From NCBI GenBank assembly GCA_963771355.1, contig CAVYTA010000006.1, positions 896,001 to 960,000 of the forward strand: a DNA stretch of 64,000 bases, written 5' to 3'. The stretch is from an uncultured Candidatus Rokubacteria bacterium (GTDB lineage Bacteria > Methylomirabilota > Methylomirabilia > Rokubacteriales > CSP1-6). Both the position numbers and the translations under genes were made by a program. Position 1 is the first letter of the stretch. The number at the start of each line of letters is the position of its first letter. A model generated the notes under the pieces. It had not been told where the DNA came from and made no database searches. It saw only the letters and a program-made list of their open reading frames with translations. Shown here one piece after another: positions 1 through 8,312 of this stretch.

Positions 1-480
1 TCCTGGCTCTTCTATAGTGCCCGCTCCGTGCTGAACGTGTTTCGCGCGATTGACACCCTCGTCTACGCGCTCTTCTTCGTGGCAGCGGTGGGACTGGGGC
101 CCTTTCCCGGTGTCCTCGCGGTGGTGGCCTATACGGCCACCGTGCTGGCCAAGCTCTATTCGGAAGCGATCGAGGCCATAGACCGGGGACCGGTGGAGGC
201 GGTGGAAGCGTCCGGGGCCACGCGCCTCCAAGTCCTTCGCTGGGGAGTGCTGCCTCAGCTCGTGCCGCAGTTCCTGTCGTTCACGCTCTACCGCTTCGAG
301 ACGAACATCCGGGCGGCGGCAATCCTGGGTTTCGTGGGGGCGGGGGGCATCGGCTTCTACATCCAGACCTATCTACGCATGCTCAACTATCCGGCCGCCT
401 CCACGGTGCTGCTTGTGCTGATCGTCCTCGTCATGGCGGTGGACTTCACGTCTTCACGATTGCGCGCACGTCTCGTCTAG
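1..480 (+). CDS. phnE: Phosphonate/phosphite ABC transporter permease, 5'-truncated by window edge
   Basis: Open from base 1. EAA-loop region (LYSEAIEAID..PVEAVEASGA), YRFETNIRAAAILGFVGAGGIG typical of PhnE, hydrophobic helices. Confidence 0.88.
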   Translation, partial: SWLFYSARSVLNVFRAIDTLVYALFFVAAVGLGPFPGVLAVVAYTATVLAKLYSEAIEAIDRGPVEAVEASGATRLQVLRWGVLPQLVPQFLSFTLYRFETNIRAAAILGFVGAGGIGFYIQTYLRMLNYPAASTVLLVLIVLVMAVDFTSSRLRARLV

Positions 481-518
481 CAAAACAAAAGGCTCCAGGG
501 GGTTGCCCCCCTGGAGCC
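481..518 (-). terminator. Intrinsic terminator of the repeat-protein gene (may also act on phnE)
   Basis: Perfect 12-bp stem GGCTCCAGGGGG (491-502) / CCCCCTGGAGCC (507-518), GCAA loop on the minus strand, followed by TTTTGTTTTG on minus. Lies 25 nt after the stop at 544. Confidence 0.85.
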
Positions 519-543
519 CGGTGGATCAGGTTAATTCAGCGAC

Positions 544-1967
544 TTACTTGATCAGGTCCATGGCGGCCCGGGCCTTCTGGGACGCCAGGCTAGAATTACC
601 GGCCTTGCACGCCGCCTCGGCCTCACGAACCAGCGAGGTGGCACGGGAGAAGTCGGCGCGAGGAGCGTTGCCGTCCTGCCCGCGCGGCGCGTTGACATCC
701 TGCGTCCGGGGCGCGTTGACATCCTGCGTCCGCGGCGCGTTCACGTCCTGCGTCCGGGGCGCGTTGACATCCTGCGTCCGGGGCGCATTGACATCCTGCG
801 TCCGCGGCGCGTTCACGTCCTGCGTCCGGGGCGCGTTGACATCCTGCGTCCGCGGCGCGTTGACATCCTGCGTCCGCGGCGCGTTGACATCCTGCGTCCG
901 CGGCGCGTTCACATCCTGGGTGCGAGGAGCCTGCACGCCCTGGCTACGCGGGGCGTTCACGTCCTGGGTCCGGGGCGCGTTCACGTCCTGGGTCCGAGGA
1001 GCCTGCACGCCCTGGCTGCGGGGCGCGTTCACATCCTGGGTCCGGGGCGCGTTCACATCCTGGGTCCGGGGCGCGTTCACATCCTGGGTCCGGGGCGCGT
1101 TCACATCCTGGGTCCGGGGCGCGTTCACATCCTGGGTCCGGGGCGCGTTCACATCCTGGGTCCGAGGAGCCTGCACGCCCTGGCTGCGGGGCGCGTTCAC
1201 ATCCTGGGTCCGGGGCGCGTTCACATCCTGGGTCCGGGGCGCGTTCACATCCTGGGTCCGGGGCGCGTTCACATCCTGGGTCCGAGGAGCCTGCACGCCC
1301 TGGCTGCGGGGCGCGTTCACATCCTGGGTCCGGGGCGCGTTCACATCCTGGGTCCGGGGCGCGTTCACATCCTGGGTCCGGGGCGCGTTCACGTCCTGGC
1401 GTCCGGGGCGCGTTCACATCCTGGGTCCGGGGCGCGTTCACGTCCTGGGTCCGGGGCGCGTTCACATCCTGGCGTCCGGGGCGCGTTCACATCCTGGGTC
1501 CGGGGCGCGTTCACATCCTGGGTCCGGGGCGCGTTCACATCCTGGGTCCGGGGCGCGTTCACGTCCTGGGTCCGGGGCGCGTTGACATCCTGCGTCCGGG
1601 GCGCATTCACATCCTGGGTACGAGGAGCCTGCACGCCCTGGCTACGCGGCGCGTTCACATCCTGGGTCCGGGGCGCGTTCACGTCCTGCGTCCGCGCACC
1701 CGCCAGCGAACGGGGCGCCTGCACTTCCTGGGGCCCCTGAGCCCGCGGGGCGTTGACATCTTGCGTCCGCGGCGCGTTGACATCCTGCGTCCGGGCGCCG
1801 GCCAGCGACCGAGGCGCATTGACATCTTGCGTGCGCGCCTGACGCTGCTCGATCATCGACTTCGCCTGGGCCACTTCGGGCGGGCAGCTGGTCTGCGCCG
1901 AGCTGACCGACGCCGACAGCGACGCCATGAACACCACACTGGTCACCGTCGCCAAAACCTTCTTCAT
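544..1967 (-). CDS. Secreted tandem-octapeptide repeat protein (TQDVNAPR)n, 473 aa after correcting two +1 insertions (about 1399 and 1472); function unknown
   Basis: GAAAGGA RBS before ATG 1967. Sec signal MKKVLATVTSVVFMASLSASVSSA|Q. ORF pieces 1389..1967, 944..1465 and 544..1392 join into one frame: 1424-2=1422 nt. Unique helical C-terminal tail, stop codon and terminator. Confidence 0.85.
658..1832 (-). repeat. 24-bp coding tandem repeat: 40x TQDVNAPR, 5x SQGVQAPR, 1x GQDGNAPR, 1x AQGPQEVQAPR, 2x SLAGAR
   Basis: Direct reading. Plus-strand consensus GGGGCGCGTTCACATCCTGGGTCC, units contiguous without spacers. Confidence 0.95.
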
Positions 1968-2086
1968 GAGTTCCGTCCTTTCAAACTTGGTTAACTGCCA
2001 CCAACCTGCTTACACCGCCGCCGCTTCGAATCATTGGTCAGAGGCGATCCGCCGCTTGTCCGGCCCCAACCTCGCAAAGGAGACAA

Positions 2087-2102
2087 TGCAGATGCGGTGC
2101 CA
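2087..2102 (-). promoter_or_regulatory. Putative sigma-54 (-24/-12) promoter of the repeat-protein gene
   Basis: Minus strand TGGCACCGCATCTGCA matches TGGCAC-N5-TTGCW with exact GG-N10-GC spacing and points at ATG 1967. Confidence 0.65.
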
Positions 2103-2130
2103 TAGGGGACTCGCGGGAGAAACCATTACG

Positions 2131-2143
2131 GATCAACGGTTTA
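2131..2143 (+). promoter_or_regulatory. Putative IHF binding site
   Basis: GATCAACGGTTTA vs WATCAANNNNTTR (1 mismatch), about 30-40 nt upstream of the -24 box, the usual position at sigma-54 promoters. Confidence 0.5.
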
Positions 2144-2272
2144 CCGCCGGCCTGAGTCCTACGCCCCCTAAGCCGAGGGGCGTTCTGCCCGACCATCCCG
2201 CAGGCCCCCATTGCCAATCTGCCGCGGAGCTGGGGCGACGCTGCGCTCCTCCTGACTCGTGAATCCGGATAC

Positions 2273-2301
2273 TTGTGATGATACACGTGGGCTGCTAGGC
2301 T
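2273..2301 (+). promoter_or_regulatory. Putative sigma-70 promoter of the M16 operon (leaderless)
   Basis: TTGTGA-N17-TAGGCT with extended TG. ATG 2310 lies 8 nt after the -10 box, with no SD. Confidence 0.5.
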
Positions 2302-2309
2302 TCACCACC

Positions 2310-3656
2310 ATGACCGGTGCCCAGATGGTAAAACCCTACTCCGTGGTGGCGATGATGAGCATCCTCTTCCTGGGCGCCTGCGCGGCTACCTCCCAGCTGC
2401 CGGCCAAGTCCGCGTCCAGTGGCCCCTCCCGCGAGGTCCTGGCCAATGGACTCCGCCTCATCATCCAGGAGCATCCCGCCAGCGACGTGGTCGCCCTTCA
2501 CGTCTGGGTGGGCGTCGGCGGCCGGGACGAGGCGCCCGCCGAGCGTGGATTCTCACACTTCGCGGAACACATGCTCTTCAAGGGCACCGAGCATCGCGCC
2601 CCCGGATTCGTGGACCGCGAGATCGAGACGGTGGGGGGCCGGACCAATGCGGGGACGTCGTGGGACTACACCTTCTACTACATCCTCCTGCCGGCCTCCC
2701 AGACGGTGAAGGGCATCGAGATCCTGTCCGACATGATCTTCAACTCGGTGTTCGACGAGCGCGAGCTTGCCCGCGAACGGGAGGTGGTATTCGAGGAGAT
2801 CCGACTCGGCGAGGACAACCCGCGCAGCTACCTGGGACGCCGGCTGTACGAGCTGACCTTTCGAGGAGACACTTACGGCTATCCCGTACTGGGCGACCGG
2901 GACATCCTGCGAGCGTCCAGCCGGGAGACGCTCCGAGGCTTCTATGCGCGGCACTACGTCCCGGACAACCTGACGCTGGTGGTGGTGGGCGCCGTCCGGC
3001 CGGACGAGGTTCGCGCCGCGGTGGCCCGCACATTCGCGGCTCCTCCCGCGCGGGGTTACCGCCGTCCGGTCCCGCCCGCGCCCCGCCCGCTTGACGAGAG
3101 CCACCGCGAGGTGCGCCCGCGCCCGGAGCGGCAGAGCTCGATCGGACTGGCCTGGCTCGCGCCGCCCCTCGGTGAGCGCGACATGTTCGCCACGGATCTA
3201 CTGGCGCATATACTCGGCGGCTCCGCGTCGTCCCGCCTCAACCAGACCCTGCGCGAGCGGCTGCGCCTCGTCACCTCGATCAGGGCCAGCTACTCGGCCC
3301 TGCAGGCGACGGGCGTGCTCAGCATTACCGCGCTCTGCGAGCCCGACGACGTCGAGAAGGTGGAGGCCACGGTGCTGGCCGAGGTGAAGCGGATCCAGGA
3401 CGAAGGGGTGAGCCAGACCGAGCGCGACCGCGCGGTCACCGCGGCGGAGAGCCAGCACGCCTTCGCGACCGAGACCGCCGAGGGGCGCGCCTATGCCTAT
3501 GGCTTCGCCGAGACGCTCTGGACGCTCGAGGGGGAGCTCCGCTACCTGGAAGGGATCCGCGGGGTGACGCCCGAGCAGATCCGGGGGGCGGCCCGCCGAT
3601 ATCTGAGCGCTGCGAATTCGCGGCTCATCCTGAACCCCCGGGACCGCGCGCGATGA
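2310..3656 (+). CDS. M16B zinc peptidase, catalytic subunit, predicted lipoprotein
   Basis: HFAEH (HXXEH) in GFSHFAEHMLFKG, NAGTS, EREVVFEE, N-terminal lipobox LGAC. Start may be 2310 or 2325. Confidence 0.9.
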   Translation: MTGAQMVKPYSVVAMMSILFLGACAATSQLPAKSASSGPSREVLANGLRLIIQEHPASDVVALHVWVGVGGRDEAPAERGFSHFAEHMLFKGTEHRAPGFVDREIETVGGRTNAGTSWDYTFYYILLPASQTVKGIEILSDMIFNSVFDERELAREREVVFEEIRLGEDNPRSYLGRRLYELTFRGDTYGYPVLGDRDILRASSRETLRGFYARHYVPDNLTLVVVGAVRPDEVRAAVARTFAAPPARGYRRPVPPAPRPLDESHREVRPRPERQSSIGLAWLAPPLGERDMFATDLLAHILGGSASSRLNQTLRERLRLVTSIRASYSALQATGVLSITALCEPDDVEKVEATVLAEVKRIQDEGVSQTERDRAVTAAESQHAFATETAEGRAYAYGFAETLWTLEGELRYLEGIRGVTPEQIRGAARRYLSAANSRLILNPRDRAR

Positions 3657-4954
3657 TCAGGCACCTCGTGGCCGGCGCGCTCCTCGCCGGTCTCGCCTTC
3701 GCCGGCCCGGCGCGCGCGGCCGAGCCCGTGGTCTTGCGCGAGCGACTTCCCGGTGGGCTCACCGTGCTCGTGCGCGAGAATCCGAGCGCGCCGGTGGTGG
3801 CGGTGTCCGTGCTCGTCCGCGTGGGCTCGCGGTGGGAGCGCGAGGACAATGCCGGCATCACCAATCTCATGCAGCAGGTGCTGGTGAAGGGCACGCGGAG
3901 CCGCTCGGCGCTGGCCATCGCGGAGGCGGCCGAGGACGTCGGAGGGGGCGTCAGCGCGTCGGGCGACACGGACGCTTCCGAGATCCGTGGCAGCGGGCTC
4001 TCGCGGCACTGGCCGCGGGTGCTCGAGCTGATCGCCGATGTAACCCTGCGCCCGTCGCTGCCGGACCCGGAGATCGACGCCGAGCGCCGGGTGGTGCAGA
4101 GCGCGCTGCGAAGCCGCGGGGATCAACCCTTCCAGCGTGCCTACGACACGCTCATGGAGCGCGTGTATGGCCCGCACCCGTACTCGCGGCCGGTGCTGGG
4201 CCGGACGGCCGTGGTGGCGCGCCTGGACCGGGCCGCGCTGCTCGAGCACTATCGCACCTTCTACCGGGCGGGACGGACCGTCGTGTCCGTGAGCGGAGAC
4301 GTCTCCGCGCCCGAAGTGGCGGCGGAGGTGCGACGCCTCTTCGCGGAGATGCCCCCGGGCGAGGGAAACGTGAGCGAGCCGTCGGTCACCCCCGTCACGA
4401 CCCCCGGGCGCGTGCGGGTGGCCCATCCCGCCGCCCAGGCCCAGGTGCTTGCGGGGACGGTCGGGCCCGCCATCGCGCACCGAGACTATGCGGCGGTGAA
4501 AGTGCTGAGCGTCGCGCTCGGCGGCGGCATGGCGGGGCGTCTCTTCACCGAGCTTCGGGACAAGCAGGGCCTGGCCTACTCCACCGGCGCGATCAACCCA
4601 TCCCGCGTCCATCCCTCGGTCCTCATCGCCTACCTGGGCACCGCCCCCGACAATGCCGAGCGGGCCGAGGACGGCATGCGGCGCGAGCTCGAGCGGATCG
4701 CCCGCGAGGCGGTAAGTCCCGACGAGCTCGCGCGGGCGAAGGCGTACCTTCTGGGACAGTTTGTCCTCGACCGCCGGACCAACGCGCGGCTGGCCTGGTA
4801 TCAGGCATATTTCGAATCGGCGGGAGTGGGCCACGATTTCGCCCGTCGCTACATCCGGGCGGTGGAGTCGGTCACCGTGGAAGACCTGCTGCGCGTGGCG
4901 CAAGCCTACCTGGCCGCCCCCGCATTTGTGAGCTTGCAGCCGCCCGCCCGTTAG
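3653..4954 (+). CDS. M16B peptidase, non-catalytic partner subunit, exported
   Basis: M16 fold motifs, but NLMQQ replaces HXXEH. Retains LGGGMAGRLFTELRDKQGLAY. Signal peptide ending ARA. 4-nt overlap with the upstream gene. Confidence 0.88.
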   Translation: MIRHLVAGALLAGLAFAGPARAAEPVVLRERLPGGLTVLVRENPSAPVVAVSVLVRVGSRWEREDNAGITNLMQQVLVKGTRSRSALAIAEAAEDVGGGVSASGDTDASEIRGSGLSRHWPRVLELIADVTLRPSLPDPEIDAERRVVQSALRSRGDQPFQRAYDTLMERVYGPHPYSRPVLGRTAVVARLDRAALLEHYRTFYRAGRTVVSVSGDVSAPEVAAEVRRLFAEMPPGEGNVSEPSVTPVTTPGRVRVAHPAAQAQVLAGTVGPAIAHRDYAAVKVLSVALGGGMAGRLFTELRDKQGLAYSTGAINPSRVHPSVLIAYLGTAPDNAERAEDGMRRELERIAREAVSPDELARAKAYLLGQFVLDRRTNARLAWYQAYFESAGVGHDFARRYIRAVESVTVEDLLRVAQAYLAAPAFVSLQPPAR

Positions 4955-4983
4955 GGCACTGCGCCACCGGCCGATCAACCGGC

Positions 4984-5709
4984 ATGTTTCCGCTCAAGGA
5001 CGACGTTCCCGGCCGCACCACGCCCTTCATCACCGTCGGCCTCATCGCGATCAACGTCGTCGTGTTCCTCTACCAGATCTCACTCGGTATCGAGGGCTCG
5101 ACGCCCGGCGGCGCTGTTCGCGAGCTCATCCTGGAGTTCGGCCTCACCCCCTGCCGGCTCACCGGTCACTGCGTCGATGCACCGCCGGGCCTGCCGTCGC
5201 CCTGGGTCACCATGTTCACGTCCATGTTCCTCCACGGCGGCCTCTTCCACGTCGGCGGGAACATGCTGTACCTGTGGATCTTCGGCGACAATGTCGAGGA
5301 TACGCTGGGCCACGGCCGCTTCCTGATCTTCTATCTGCTCAGCGGCGTGGCCGCCGCGCTCGTACAGACGATGGTGAGTCCGGCCTCCGCGATCCCGATG
5401 CTGGGGGCGAGTGGGGCGGTCTCGGGCGTGCTCGGCGCTTACCTGTTGCTCTTCCCGCACGCCCGGGTGCTCACCCTGCTTATCTTCGGGTTCTTCTTCC
5501 GCATGGTCCATATTCCGGCCGTCGTCGTGCTCGGCTTCTGGATCGTCGTGCAGGCCGTGAACGGCTTCTTGACCGTCACCGTCACCGCCGTCCGCGGCGA
5601 GTCCGCCGGGGGCGGGGTGGCGTGGTTCGCCCATATCGGCGGCTTCGTGGCCGGCATGGGCCTTCTTTTCGTGTTCCGCTCGCGGCGCGACCCGCGCGAA
5701 CCCTACTAG
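4984..5709 (+). CDS. Rhomboid family intramembrane serine protease
   Basis: MFPLKDD start, HGGLFHVGGNMLYLWIFG, catalytic GASG and AHIGG motifs. Confidence 0.92.
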   Translation: MFPLKDDVPGRTTPFITVGLIAINVVVFLYQISLGIEGSTPGGAVRELILEFGLTPCRLTGHCVDAPPGLPSPWVTMFTSMFLHGGLFHVGGNMLYLWIFGDNVEDTLGHGRFLIFYLLSGVAAALVQTMVSPASAIPMLGASGAVSGVLGAYLLLFPHARVLTLLIFGFFFRMVHIPAVVVLGFWIVVQAVNGFLTVTVTAVRGESAGGGVAWFAHIGGFVAGMGLLFVFRSRRDPREPY

Positions 5710-5804
5710 TCTCTGGGTCGGCACCGTCACTTCCGCTATACTGAACGCGCTCCCCAGGTACCGGCGCGGCCCCGACCGCGACCCTCCAGCGCGAGGAGAC
5801 GGAG

Positions 5805-8312
5805 ATGAAGGCAGTCATCATGGCCGGCGGCTTCGGGACCCGCCTGCGCCCGCTGACCACTCACATCCCCAAGCCGCTGGTGCCAGTCGGCAACGTGCCG
5901 ATCATGGAGCACACCGTCCGGCTCCTGAAGCGGCACGGGTTCACCGACCTGCTGGTGCTCCTCTACTTCCTGCCCGAGACCATCTCCGGCTACTTCGGAG
6001 ACGGCAGCCGCTGGGGTGTGCGCATGACCTATGCGACGCCCACCGCCGACCTGGGCACCGCGGGCGCGGTCAAGTTCGCCGCCGGCGACCTGGGCGAGCC
6101 GGTGCTCGTGATCTCCGGCGACGTGCTGACCGACTTCGACCTCGCCGCCGCGGTGCAATCGCATCGCGAGCGGGCCGCGGAAGCTACCATGGTGCTCACC
6201 CGCGTGGACTCGCCGCTCGCCTACGGCATCGTGATCACGGATGAGGGCGGACGGATCGTTCGCTTCCTCGAGAAGCCTTCCTGGGGGGAAGTGTTCAGCG
6301 ACACGATCAATACCGGCATCTACATTCTCGACCCCGCCGTGCTGGGGGCCATCCCCGCCGGCCGGCCCTACGATTTCAGCAAGGAGCTGTTTCCCACGCT
6401 GCTGGCGTCGGGCCGTCCCCTCTACGGCCATATCGCCGAAGGCTACTGGCGCGACGTGGGGGACCTCACCGAGTACCGCATCGCGCATCTCGACCTCCTC
6501 CAGCGGCGGGTGGGGGTGGACATTCCCGGCACCCTCACCGAGGCGCCCGGCTACAGTGCCTGGGTGGGCGAGGGCGCCCGGGTGGACTTCCTCGCAAAGC
6601 TCTCGGGCTCGGTGATCATCGGCCCCGGCGTCCAGGTGGCGGCGGGAGCCCAGCTCTCGAACTGTGTGATCGGCCGGGGGTCCGCGATTGCCGCCGGCGC
6701 CGACATCGAGAGCAGCGTGCTCTGGGACCATGTCGACGTGGGCGCGGGTGCGCGGGTGAAGGAAGCCATCGTGGGCACGCGGGCCCAGATCGGCGCCGAT
6801 GCCTTCATCGCCGAAGGCGTGGTGATCGGCGACTACGCGAAGATCGGCGAGTCGGCCACGGTCAAGGCCAATGCGAAGGTGTGGCCGTACAAGGAGGTCG
6901 AGGACGGCGCCACCCTCGCCATGAGCCTGGTGTGGGCGGAGCGCTGGAGCCGCTCGATCTTCGGCCGCTACGGCGTTTCGGGCCTCGCCAACATCGAGAT
7001 CTCGCCAGAGTTCGCGGCCAAGCTCGGCGCCGCCTTCGGGGCCACCGTGGGCAAGCGCCGCACCATGATCACGAGCCGCGACCACCACAAGGCGTCGCGC
7101 ATGATCAACCGGGCTTTGATGGCGGGGCTCCTCTCGGTGGGCGTCGACGTGCAGGACCTCGGGGTGGCGCCAGTGTCGGTGGTGCGCTACCAGATCTCCG
7201 CGCTGGGGCTGGCCGGCGGGGTCCATGTGCGCAAGTCCCCCTATGACCCCCAGCTGATCGACATCAAGTTCTTCGATGCTCGCGGGCTGGAGTGCGCGCC
7301 GGACCGCGAGAAGTCGGTGGAACGCCTCTTCTTCATGGAGGACTTCTACCGGGCCCCCATGGAGGAGACGGGGGTGCTGACCTTCCCCCACGCGGGGACC
7401 GACCGGTACCGCGACGGCCTGCTCAAGTCGGTCGACGCCGAGGTCATCAAGCGCGCGGGCCTGCGCATGGTGCTCGACTACGGCTTCGGCTCCGCATCGG
7501 CGATCTTTCCCGGGGTGCTGGGGGCGCTGGGGGTGGAGGTCATCTCGCTGAACGCCTACCTGGACGAAAGTCGCATCACCAAGACGACCGACGAGTTCCA
7601 GCGTTCCCTGACCCAGCTCTCCAACATCGTGCGCACCCTCGGCGCGGATCTGGGCGTGCTCCTCGACACGGGGGCGGAAAAGGTCTTCTTGGTGGACGAG
7701 AAGGGAGACATCCTCCCCGGCGATCTCGCCCTCGCGCTCATCGCGCTCCTCGTGATGCGCACCCAGCCCGCCGGCCGCATCGTGGTGCCCGTTACCGCGT
7801 CGCGAACCCTCGACCGGCTCGCCGAGGAGCACGGCTTCCAGATCACGCGTTCCCGGGGCACGCCGCGGGCGCTCACCGAGGCCGCGCTGGCGGATGACGT
7901 GGTGCTGGTGGGCGAGGAGCTCGGCGGCGTCATCTTCCCGCGCTTCCAGCCCGCTTTCGACGGGATGGCCGCCGTGGTCCACATCCTCGAGATGATGGCG
8001 CGCCTGGACGTGCGGCTCCACCAGCTCACCCGCGCGGTTCCGGAAAGCCACATCGTGCGCCTCGAGGTGCCGTGCCCAAACGAGCGCAAGGGGACCGTGA
8101 TGCGGCGCCTCATGGAAGCCACCAAGGGCGAGGACGTGGAGCTTATCGAGGGCGTACGCGTCCGGCGCGCCGAGGAGTGGGTGGCGGCGACGCCGGACGC
8201 CGACCGCGCCTGCTTCCACGTGGTGGCAGAGGCGGCGGACAAGGAACGGGCCCGTGCGCTCGCGGAGGAGTTCCGCGACAAGATCACGGGCTGGCGCCGG
8301 GACCTGGCATGA
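5805..8312 (+). CDS. Mannose-1-phosphate guanylyltransferase / hexapeptide / phosphomannomutase-like fusion
   Basis: MAGGFGTRLRPLT..PKPL nucleotidyltransferase, LbH repeats, C-terminal PGM/PMM fold. SD GAGGAG and TATACT at 5737. Confidence 0.88.
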   Translation: MKAVIMAGGFGTRLRPLTTHIPKPLVPVGNVPIMEHTVRLLKRHGFTDLLVLLYFLPETISGYFGDGSRWGVRMTYATPTADLGTAGAVKFAAGDLGEPVLVISGDVLTDFDLAAAVQSHRERAAEATMVLTRVDSPLAYGIVITDEGGRIVRFLEKPSWGEVFSDTINTGIYILDPAVLGAIPAGRPYDFSKELFPTLLASGRPLYGHIAEGYWRDVGDLTEYRIAHLDLLQRRVGVDIPGTLTEAPGYSAWVGEGARVDFLAKLSGSVIIGPGVQVAAGAQLSNCVIGRGSAIAAGADIESSVLWDHVDVGAGARVKEAIVGTRAQIGADAFIAEGVVIGDYAKIGESATVKANAKVWPYKEVEDGATLAMSLVWAERWSRSIFGRYGVSGLANIEISPEFAAKLGAAFGATVGKRRTMITSRDHHKASRMINRALMAGLLSVGVDVQDLGVAPVSVVRYQISALGLAGGVHVRKSPYDPQLIDIKFFDARGLECAPDREKSVERLFFMEDFYRAPMEETGVLTFPHAGTDRYRDGLLKSVDAEVIKRAGLRMVLDYGFGSASAIFPGVLGALGVEVISLNAYLDESRITKTTDEFQRSLTQLSNIVRTLGADLGVLLDTGAEKVFLVDEKGDILPGDLALALIALLVMRTQPAGRIVVPVTASRTLDRLAEEHGFQITRSRGTPRALTEAALADDVVLVGEELGGVIFPRFQPAFDGMAAVVHILEMMARLDVRLHQLTRAVPESHIVRLEVPCPNERKGTVMRRLMEATKGEDVELIEGVRVRRAEEWVAATPDADRACFHVVAEAADKERARALAEEFRDKITGWRRDLA

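Noticed and set aside
944..1400. PDPGCERA repeat protein
   Set aside because: Out-of-frame reading produced by the single-base insertions.
503..1585. 360-aa + strand ORF (VRGAFTSW repeats)
   Set aside because: Antisense shadow of the repeat gene. It starts inside the terminator with no RBS, and its repeat variants are non-synonymous (C/W, L/F).
658..1832. CRISPR array
   Set aside because: The 24-bp units are contiguous with no unique spacers, vary only at synonymous positions, and no cas genes are present.
658..1832. Ice-nucleation or curli-type repeat
   Set aside because: Shares only octamer periodicity or Q/N content. No AGYGST or curli motif, and a Pro in every octamer disfavours a beta-solenoid.
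1927..2286. Small ORFs in the divergent intergenic region
   Set aside because: No RBS or recognisable motif, and they overlap the predicted promoter elements.
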